From NCBI GenBank assembly GCA_964461865.1, contig CAYWVK010000001.1:3218-42704 (forward strand): 39,487 nucleotides of DNA. The letters are read 5' to 3'. Source of the DNA: an uncultured Gammaproteobacteria bacterium (GTDB lineage Bacteria > Patescibacteriota > Microgenomatia > Levybacterales > UBA12049). The notes beneath the pieces were generated by a model. That model was not told the origin of the DNA. It was given only the letters and a program-made list of their open reading frames with translations, and ran no database searches. A program made the translations under genes and the position numbers. Of this stretch, positions 32,859-39,487 are shown piece by piece (position 1 is the first letter of the stretch; every line of letters begins with the position of its first letter).

Positions 32859-33713
32859 ATGAGAAGATTTCTTTTTATTTTAGGACTTCTAATAACAACA
32901 ATTGGTATTTTTATTTTAATCGTGTACTTTTTTAACAAAGATTCGGGTAGAGGAGCGCTTTATGTAACTTCAAATCCTAAAAGCAAAGTATATTTAGATG
33001 GAAAATTGATTGGGGAAACTCCACTTTGTAAATGCGATGGAGATCAAACAATTCCTGCGGGTTCATATACTATAAAATTAATTCCAACAAAGGGAGATTT
33101 TAGAAGCTTTGAGGAAAGAATTACTATTTCCCCATCTGTTTTAACAGTAGTTGATAGAACTTTTGGTGAAGGAGCCTTTTCGTCGGGTAGTATTATAAGT
33201 TTAGTTAAATTAAATGAAAAAAACTTAACGGAACTTTCGGTAGTTACTTTTCCTGATAAGGCAATTTTAACGCTGGACAATAGTCAATCTCCTTATGGCG
33301 TTAGTCCTCTTTTATTAAAGGATTTAACAGAGTCGGATCACGAATTAAAAATAGCAAAAGAAGGATATGTCGATAAGGTTTTAAGAATCAGGACAATAAA
33401 GGGATATAGATTAGAGGCTACGGTAACGCTTTCTGTGTTACCTGATGTTTCATCAAGCTCTGCTTTTCCTGAAGTTACACCGACCAAAGCACCAATTGAA
33501 GAGGCAAGTCCATCAGCTAAAATAACAATACTTCAAACCCCAACAGGGTTTTTAAGAGTAAGAGAGGACGCAACCGTTTCATCAACAGAGATTACCAGAG
33601 TTAATCCGGGAGAAGAATACGAGTTTTTAGATGAAAAAAACGGGTGGTATAAGATTAAACTAAATGACAGTGAGCAAGGTTGGGTTAGTGGTCAATACGC
33701 AAAAAAAGAATAA
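32859..33713 (+). CDS. Membrane-anchored protein with two PEGA domains and a C-terminal bacterial SH3 domain
   Basis: N-terminal TM span. The PEGA-like repeats are 'LYVTSNPKSKVYLDGKLIGETPL' and 'VVTFPDKAILTLDNSQSPYGVSPLLLKDL...HELKIAKEGY'. The SH3b-like C-terminus is 'LRVREDATVSSTEITRVNPGEEYEFLDEKNGWYKIKL...GWVSGQY'. Confidence 0.65.
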   Translation: MRRFLFILGLLITTIGIFILIVYFFNKDSGRGALYVTSNPKSKVYLDGKLIGETPLCKCDGDQTIPAGSYTIKLIPTKGDFRSFEERITISPSVLTVVDRTFGEGAFSSGSIISLVKLNEKNLTELSVVTFPDKAILTLDNSQSPYGVSPLLLKDLTESDHELKIAKEGYVDKVLRIRTIKGYRLEATVTLSVLPDVSSSSAFPEVTPTKAPIEEASPSAKITILQTPTGFLRVREDATVSSTEITRVNPGEEYEFLDEKNGWYKIKLNDSEQGWVSGQYAKKE

Positions 33714-33726
33714 GTTTTATACCTTT

Positions 33727-34668
33727 TTAAGGGCCAATAAAATAGATTATAAAGATAACCAGAAATAGCCAAATAATAACAGTTGCTAAAAGCGGTTTAT
33801 CAGAAAGTAAGACCCTATCAGGACTTTCTCCTTCATTTTTCTCATAAATATCCTGAAGATAGCGCATTATTCCGTAAACAACAGGAATAATAGTTATCAT
33901 TAGCCACTTTTTTTGAAAGAATACAGGTAAAAAATCAGGAAGTAAAACGCCTAAGGCAATTTTTATCCCTTTTGGGTTTTCAAGAAAAGTAAAAAGTGAA
34001 TAAGTTATAAAGGTTGAGGTAGCAAACATGGAAGCGTAAATATCTAAAAGTTTTTCTGAGTATCGTGATAATGATTGTCTAACAGTTGTAATATTTGCAA
34101 TCTTACTATTAGAAAGAAGAGTTAGCTCAGATCTTCTTTTGCCAACAGCTAAAAAGAGAGAAACAGAAATGGTAGTTAACAACATCCATACGGAAATATG
34201 ATATCCGCTGGCAAATTCCCCTGCATATACCCTTAAAATATAACCCATGGCAATTGTTAAGATATCTAAGGCCGGTACGGTTTTAAATTTAAGTGAATAC
34301 AAAAATTGAAGCGCAAGATAAACAATTACGATTATAGTAAAGGTTGGAGTAATAGAAAGACTTAAAAGAAAAGACCCCAGCATTAAAATAATAGCAATAA
34401 TAATAGCTAAGGGAATTGGAACATCGCCTCTTGCTAATGGTCTAAATTTTTTAAAAGGGTGAAGCCTATCTTTTTTAATATCAAATAAGTCGTTAACAAT
34501 ATAAGTAGCAGAAGATAATCCGCAAAAAGCAATAAACGCTAAGAAAACCTTATCAAAGATTGTTTTTTCAAATAATTGGCCGGCGAAAATAATTGCCGTA
34601 AAAATTGCCAAGTTTTTAATCCATTGTCTTGGTCTTAAGAGTCTTAGTATGTTATACGCCATTTTCAT
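33727..34668 (-). CDS. UbiA-family prenyl-phosphate transferase resembling decaprenyl-phosphate phosphoribosyltransferase (Rv3806c-like)
   Basis: 'LLRPRQWIKNLAIFTAIIF' at the N-terminus, 'NDLFDIKKD' (NDxxDxxxD, encoded at 34468-34494), 'RPLARG', 'LDILTIAMGYILRVYAG' and about 9 TM spans. Confidence 0.6.
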   Translation of the reverse strand: MKMAYNILRLLRPRQWIKNLAIFTAIIFAGQLFEKTIFDKVFLAFIAFCGLSSATYIVNDLFDIKKDRLHPFKKFRPLARGDVPIPLAIIIAIILMLGSFLLSLSITPTFTIIVIVYLALQFLYSLKFKTVPALDILTIAMGYILRVYAGEFASGYHISVWMLLTTISVSLFLAVGKRRSELTLLSNSKIANITTVRQSLSRYSEKLLDIYASMFATSTFITYSLFTFLENPKGIKIALGVLLPDFLPVFFQKKWLMITIIPVVYGIMRYLQDIYEKNEGESPDRVLLSDKPLLATVIIWLFLVIFIIYFIGP

Positions 34669-35695
34669 TTTCGTTGTGTTTTATAGTAAGCTGAAGAAAA
34701 ATTATTCCTCCACCTACAATAATTATTAACATTATTATGGCAAATATTTTGCCCTTGCTCGACAAAAATAGAGAAATCGCCCCAAGCATAGCAGAAATTA
34801 ACCAATAAAACAACGCAATTTTTCTTTGTCCCCAATGTTTTTTTAAAAGTAAATGATGAAGATGTTTATTGTCGTGTCTGAAAGGAGATTTACCGTTTAA
34901 AATTCTTCTAAGGATAGTAAATAATCCGTCAATCATTGGAATTCCCATAACTAAAATTGCAGTTGCCAATTTTGCAGAAGAAAGAATAGATGCAACTGCA
35001 AGTAAAATATAAACAGAGGTTGCTCCGTATCCCGGAAATATTTTTGCAGGATAAAAATTAAAAACTAAAAAACCCAACGATGCACCGGCCACAATAAAGG
35101 AAAGTGTAGTACTTATCGTAGTATATTGATCGGTAGCATTAAAGCGAAGACTTAAAAGTCCAATTACAATTGCTGAAATTGCTACGATTCCAGGCATTTG
35201 TCCGTCAACTCCCTTACTCCAATTTAACATGTTCATTACCCAGACAATCCAAATAACAGCAACAACATATGAAAATATATCTCCCAAGAATAAAATACCT
35301 CCTAAAGGATTGGTAATAAAGGGAATGTTTGCACCTGCATAAACAACAGCAATGGCAACAAGAATATTTATTATAAATCTAAAATAGGGCGATAAATCAA
35401 ATTTATCATCAAGAACACCAACAACAAGAGAAATAAAGGCGGCAAAAAAAAGGACAATGGTAATTTTAGTTATTGGAAGAAAAATAATTGAAGCTAAAAG
35501 ACAACCTAAAAATAATGGAATACCACCGCCTCTTGGTATAGGTTTTTTATGTAAAATTGCCGGGTGTTTTCTTTTTTTTGGATCATCAATTAGTTTATAT
35601 TTTTTAATAAAAATTAAAGATAGCGGTACTAAAATAACAGTTGCTAAAAAAGCGATTGAAAAAGGTAAAAGTATAAAACTTAAAATATTTTGCAT
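34652..35695 (-). CDS. MraY/WecA-family polyprenyl-phosphate N-acetylhexosamine-1-phosphate transferase (WecA/TagO-like)
   Basis: 'HKKPIPRGGGI', 'LDDKFDLSP' (the DDxxD Mg site), 'MNMLNWSKGVDGQMPG' (N..N..G.DG) and 'DNKHLHHLLL'. 347 aa with about 10-11 TM spans, closer in size to WecA than MraY. Confidence 0.75.
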   Translation of the reverse strand: MQNILSFILLPFSIAFLATVILVPLSLIFIKKYKLIDDPKKRKHPAILHKKPIPRGGGIPLFLGCLLASIIFLPITKITIVLFFAAFISLVVGVLDDKFDLSPYFRFIINILVAIAVVYAGANIPFITNPLGGILFLGDIFSYVVAVIWIVWVMNMLNWSKGVDGQMPGIVAISAIVIGLLSLRFNATDQYTTISTTLSFIVAGASLGFLVFNFYPAKIFPGYGATSVYILLAVASILSSAKLATAILVMGIPMIDGLFTILRRILNGKSPFRHDNKHLHHLLLKKHWGQRKIALFYWLISAMLGAISLFLSSKGKIFAIIMLIIIVGGGIIFLQLTIKHNENENGV

Positions 35696-36049
35696 TTATA
35701 AAATAATTTGAATAGTTCTTATTATAAAAAGAAGCGTTGTAATTGAAATTAATAAATTAGTTAAAGTTAATATTCTTGGAACTAAAGGGTTATTTTTATA
35801 AATAAAAGATGAGAAGAAAAAATTAAAAATAGTAATTATTATTGCTATGATAATTGGGATAAAAATTCCAAAGGTAGCAATTAATCTTTGTTCTCCCCAA
35901 GGAAGCTGATTGAAAAGAGGAATAAACAATGGCAATTTTGAGTAGTAAAAAAAGACATAAATTATAGTAATTAATAAAAATAAAAAAGTTAGCAAATATC
36001 CTCTTGAAATTATGCGGTCGTTTTTTACGTCCTTAAAGAACTCTTTCAT
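35696..36049 (-). CDS. Small 3-4 TM membrane protein of unknown function
   Basis: 117-aa hydrophobic ORF wedged between the GT-C gene (17-nt overlap) and the WecA-like gene (0-nt gap). Confidence 0.45.
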   Translation of the reverse strand: MKEFFKDVKNDRIISRGYLLTFLFLLITIIYVFFYYSKLPLFIPLFNQLPWGEQRLIATFGIFIPIIIAIIITIFNFFFSSFIYKNNPLVPRILTLTNLLISITTLLFIIRTIQIIL

Positions 36050-37505
36050 AAATATAAACCTTATCTATTACGATACTGGGCTTGTAATGTAAAAGTGGAA
36101 AAGGAAAGTTATTCATATAGGACATCATAATAATATATTTAGGTTTAACATTTTCAAGTGCTTCGGCAGTATTAATTAAACCATCTTTATAGTTATTAAT
36201 ATGATAAGCAACTGTATATTTGCCCGGAGGAAGTTTGTTGGTTAATTTATAGAGTTGTGGATTGTTTCCCCAAATAAATATTGAATCTTCTTCTGTAGTG
36301 TTTTCATTAATATATTGGGCAATTTGATAATCAATAGGTGTTTTTTTATCGAAAAATCTTTGATATTCGGCAACACTTTTGTTATTTGTTATAAAGTTAA
36401 TGAAGTTAGCATAATATGGAGTTACTTTTGTGTAAATCCAAAAATATTCAAATGCAATTACTAGTAAGAATAATATAAATAGAATATTAAGTTTTTTAAG
36501 TCTTTTTTCTTCAAAGATAAGACCGGCTAAAAGTGAAAAGCTTGGAAGTAAAACTAAAAGATAATGAGTATAGGGGCGTTGAGAAAACATCGCATTGAAA
36601 ACCGAAAAACCAAGCCATATCCAAATCAAAATTGTTTGTGTAGTTAGTTTATGTCTTTTTAGATAAATAAAAGCAATAAAAATAATTAATAAAATTAATT
36701 TTAATATCAAAAAGCCTTGTGGAATTATTAGTTTATTATGATAACCCACATAATTAATATTTGATAAAAAAGTTGCAGTTATAAAGTCTTGAAATGCTCC
36801 TTGTGTAAAAAAGAAAATAACAGTTGTTAGAATTGGAATTAAAAAACCGACAATAAGCCAACAGAGATCTTTTAATCCACTAGCGAGTTTTTTATAAAGT
36901 TTTCCGGAAAAATTATCGGGAGTTTTAATAATTATTAAAAATACAATAAGTGCAGCTAAATCAAATATAGCTATAATTTTAAAAAGAAAAGCAATTCCCA
37001 ATACCAATCCGGACCAAAAAAACATTTTGTTTTCCCATTTTGCTTTAAAATGGTCAATTGCCAGATAAAATGCCGAAAGAATAAAAAACAACATAAAATT
37101 TTCGGCATTAGCAATATTACCCTCAATTATCGGAAGACCAAAAAATACCGTAAAAACAAAAGTAGAAACGTAAATTGCCACCCTTTTCTTAAATAATTTT
37201 TTAGCAAGGTAGAAAAAAGTTATTATTGCTAATATTCCAAAAATTATTGAAGCCAATCTTAGTAAAAATTGGTCTCCGTTAAAAATGCCATAAAAAACAT
37301 ATAAGAGAGGAGGTTTATTATCAAAAATTCCTTGATATAAAAGGCGACCTTTATTTATTCCCATTCCCAATGTTTGATAAACACCCTCATCTCCGTACCA
37401 GTAAGGTTCAAAAAGAGAAGGGAGTCTTAAAAAGAAGAATAAAACAAGACTGCTTAAAAGAAACCAAAAGCTTTTGCTTTTTTCAATAACCCTTAAGGTT
37501 TTCAT
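36033..37505 (-). CDS. GT-C (ArnT/PMT_2-like) polytopic glycosyltransferase
   Basis: 490-aa protein with about 12 TM spans. The first loop 'LFEPYWYGDEGVY' carries the acidic DE motif typical of GT-C enzymes that use polyprenyl-phosphate sugars. There is a C-terminal soluble domain. Confidence 0.55.
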   Translation of the reverse strand: MKTLRVIEKSKSFWFLLSSLVLFFFLRLPSLFEPYWYGDEGVYQTLGMGINKGRLLYQGIFDNKPPLLYVFYGIFNGDQFLLRLASIIFGILAIITFFYLAKKLFKKRVAIYVSTFVFTVFFGLPIIEGNIANAENFMLFFILSAFYLAIDHFKAKWENKMFFWSGLVLGIAFLFKIIAIFDLAALIVFLIIIKTPDNFSGKLYKKLASGLKDLCWLIVGFLIPILTTVIFFFTQGAFQDFITATFLSNINYVGYHNKLIIPQGFLILKLILLIIFIAFIYLKRHKLTTQTILIWIWLGFSVFNAMFSQRPYTHYLLVLLPSFSLLAGLIFEEKRLKKLNILFILFLLVIAFEYFWIYTKVTPYYANFINFITNNKSVAEYQRFFDKKTPIDYQIAQYINENTTEEDSIFIWGNNPQLYKLTNKLPPGKYTVAYHINNYKDGLINTAEALENVKPKYIIMMSYMNNFPFPLLHYKPSIVIDKVYIYERVL

Positions 37506-38998
37506 ATTTTTTCCGTTACTTTATATTCTAACCTTTTTCCGAGTAAAAGTTGAGTATGAGAAACAAGAGCCGGAAGAGATGAAAGGAAAAAGCCTACGAT
37601 AGGAAGCAAAACAAACTCTATTGGAAACAAAGCTTGAGTCTTTTTACTGGGGCCTGGAAGATTTTTTGGCCTGTTTTTAATATCAACAATAAGCATTGCT
37701 AAAAGAGAAATCATGCAGGATGTAAGAATAAATCCGGCAAGTTTAGGCAGGTTATAGCCAAGAGTTGTTCTTGAGAAAACAGGATTAATTAATGGCATAA
37801 TATTTGCTGCTATAGTTATTATAAACCAATTTGTTGGCCATAGAAAATGATCTCTTACAACAGGAAAAATCATCAAAGTTTTTCTGATAAATGGTACGTT
37901 TGGTACAGTAAGCCACCATTTAATAAATAAGTAGTCATCACTTGCTCCCCAAGCCCAGCGTTTTTCTTGCTCATATTTATTTTTTAAACTACTAATATAT
38001 CCCGGAGATTGTGCAGCATCCATAGATGTTCTTAAAAATATTGGTTCAGCCCAAACATTGCCACTTTTTTTATAAAATGCCTTAAAGAAAATTCGATAAT
38101 CTTCAGGAATTACATCCGTATCCCAAAATCCAATCTCTTTCATAAGCGTTAAGGAAGTTGAATAAGTAGCATTTGTAATTAGCCGGTTTTTATGAATTAA
38201 AACGGCGGTGTTCCAAAGGCTGCCAAAAAAAGACACAACTCTTGTAGGAGCGGGAACTTTCCAGATATTTGAATAATAAACTGTTGCCGATTGCCAAAAT
38301 TTATTATGTCTTTTTTCATCAGATAAAAATTTATTTGAGAGATAAGCAAAGTATTGTTTATCAAAAATTGAATCAGCGTCAACAGAGGATATTGTTGCAA
38401 AATCAGGATCAATAATTTTGCCATCCACTAATTTTTTATAAGCTAATTTTCCAGCATATGCTTCATTAGATGATTTTCCTTTAACCTCGCCATCAATATC
38501 TGGATGATAAGCTGCAAAAATTCCGCCAAAAACATCTTTAAATTCATTAATTAATTCATTTGCTTTTTTCTTTGCATCTTTTTCTCGTTTTTCCATCGCT
38601 AAAACAACGAAGATCTTTTTAGCAGGAAAAGTTTGTTTAGCTAGGGAGTCAATGGTAATTTTTAATTTTTCTACTTTTTCTGTGTAGTTTGGAAGGATTG
38701 CAATGTGGCTCATTTTTTCATAATTTTTAAGTTCTTTTGCTTTTTTATTCCAATCAATTTTTTCTGCTTTATTTATTTTTCTTGAAGAAATATATGATGT
38801 TATGGCTAGGGAAAAAGATTTATAAAACCAGTAGATATCAAAAAATAAAATAAAATAAGCAAGTTGGTAGGGAATTAAAAAAGATCCCCATACAGGAAAT
38901 GTGATTAAAGACCAGGAAAAAAGTCCAGGTAAAATCTCCAAGGCTCTTCTGGTTTTAACGGGATAACGTGTAAAAATTTTATCTAAAAACTTTTGCAT
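37502..38998 (-). CDS. Membrane-embedded family-2 glycosyltransferase, processive-synthase-like (D, DxD, ED, QxxRW)
   Basis: Two N-terminal TM spans, a GT-A core and C-terminal TM spans. The GT-A motifs are 'IAILPNYTEK', 'SSVDADS', 'IPEDYR' and 'QEKRW' (encoded at 37955-37969). Confidence 0.7.
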   Translation of the reverse strand: MQKFLDKIFTRYPVKTRRALEILPGLFSWSLITFPVWGSFLIPYQLAYFILFFDIYWFYKSFSLAITSYISSRKINKAEKIDWNKKAKELKNYEKMSHIAILPNYTEKVEKLKITIDSLAKQTFPAKKIFVVLAMEKREKDAKKKANELINEFKDVFGGIFAAYHPDIDGEVKGKSSNEAYAGKLAYKKLVDGKIIDPDFATISSVDADSIFDKQYFAYLSNKFLSDEKRHNKFWQSATVYYSNIWKVPAPTRVVSFFGSLWNTAVLIHKNRLITNATYSTSLTLMKEIGFWDTDVIPEDYRIFFKAFYKKSGNVWAEPIFLRTSMDAAQSPGYISSLKNKYEQEKRWAWGASDDYLFIKWWLTVPNVPFIRKTLMIFPVVRDHFLWPTNWFIITIAANIMPLINPVFSRTTLGYNLPKLAGFILTSCMISLLAMLIVDIKNRPKNLPGPSKKTQALFPIEFVLLPIVGFFLSSLPALVSHTQLLLGKRLEYKVTEKI

Positions 38999-39032
38999 AA
39001 AATCTTCCTTGATAAAAAAATAAAATTAAGAA

Positions 39033-39487
39033 CTAGAAGTTAAAAACAGTATGAGCATTTTTAGTAGTTTTTTCAATAACTGTTTCTATTTTTTCTTTCT
39101 TAATTTTAGCAATGAATTCGGCCACAATTATAACATAAGAAGGCTCATTTCGACTACCCCTATGAGGAATGGGAGTTAGATAAGGAGCGTCAGTTTCCAA
39201 TAAGATTCTATCCAGCGGGGCATATTTAACTAAATCAGAAAGTGGTGTGTTTTCACCTTTGGCAATTCCTTTGTAAGAAATATTGCCATCAAAACCGATG
39301 AAAAAACCAAGCTCTAGCACTTTTTTTAAGAAATCAATATCTCCGGAAAAACAATGAAAAAGACCGGGGATGTTTTTTAATAAATTTTTATTCGCAACTA
39401 AAATATTTAGAATTTCTTCTCCAGCTTGTCGATTATGGATTTGTAAAGGAAGGTCTAACTTATTTGCAATTTCTATTTGTTTTATAA
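39033..39487 (-). CDS. tatD: TatD-family metal-dependent hydrolase (DNase), 5'-truncated by the window edge
   Basis: My hand translation past the track's GTG 39320 stays open to the window end: '...LPLQIHNRQAGEEILNIL...GLFHCFSGDIDFLKKVLELGFFIGFDGNISYK...LLETDAPYLTPIPHRGSRNEPSYV'. These are TatD signatures. Confidence 0.8.
   Translation of the reverse strand, partial: IKQIEIANKLDLPLQIHNRQAGEEILNILVANKNLLKNIPGLFHCFSGDIDFLKKVLELGFFIGFDGNISYKGIAKGENTPLSDLVKYAPLDRILLETDAPYLTPIPHRGSRNEPSYVIIVAEFIAKIKKEKIETVIEKTTKNAHTVFNF

Overview
This is an AT-rich (roughly 30% GC by eye), very gene-dense 39.5-kb chromosomal segment with about 40 protein-coding genes. I see no rRNA, tRNA, CRISPR array, transposase, integrase or phage gene; the largest non-coding gap is about 250 bp. 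The standard genetic code fits: ORFs are long and uninterrupted, and TAA, TAG and TGA all act as stops.

Housekeeping anchors are mscL, tpiA, a UvrD/PcrA-family helicase, rpsT, murJ, lepA, groES-groEL and tatD (5' end cut by the window edge). Most of the rest is envelope and transport biology:
- An Nramp-related transporter, a CaCA exchanger, an Excalibur Ca-binding protein, TspO, an AI-2E transporter and a class-A-like serine hydrolase.
- FemAB-family and LCP (LytR-CpsA-Psr) proteins, a TreT-like GT4 and a 5'-nucleotidase.
- Four very large GT-C-like polytopic proteins, one carrying the Chlor_Arch_YYY 'YYYFGH' motif.
- PilN- and PilO-like proteins and two Thr/Pro-linker surface proteins.

The gene repertoire and compaction are what I would expect from a CPR/Patescibacteria (Microgenomates-like) genome, but that is inference only.

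The most interesting observations are:
1. A seven-gene operon on the minus strand (17177-25285) opens with pilN-pilO. It runs into a beta-sandwich surface protein, an FAD oxidoreductase and two giant GT-C-like proteins.
2. A five-gene polyprenyl-phosphate glycan operon (33727-38998) encodes a QxxRW GT2 synthase, a GT-C, a small membrane protein, a WecA-like transferase and a UbiA-family enzyme resembling decaprenyl-phosphate phosphoribosyltransferase.
3. Many genes have a sigma70-like -10 box only 5-11 nt upstream of the start codon, which suggests leaderless mRNAs. Two divergent gene pairs are squeezed into 18-38 bp.
4. A 28-aa highly basic peptide gene has a perfect Shine-Dalgarno sequence.

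I found no recognisable defence system, toxin-antitoxin pair or mobile element. All functional calls come from motif recognition by eye and need HMM or structure confirmation.
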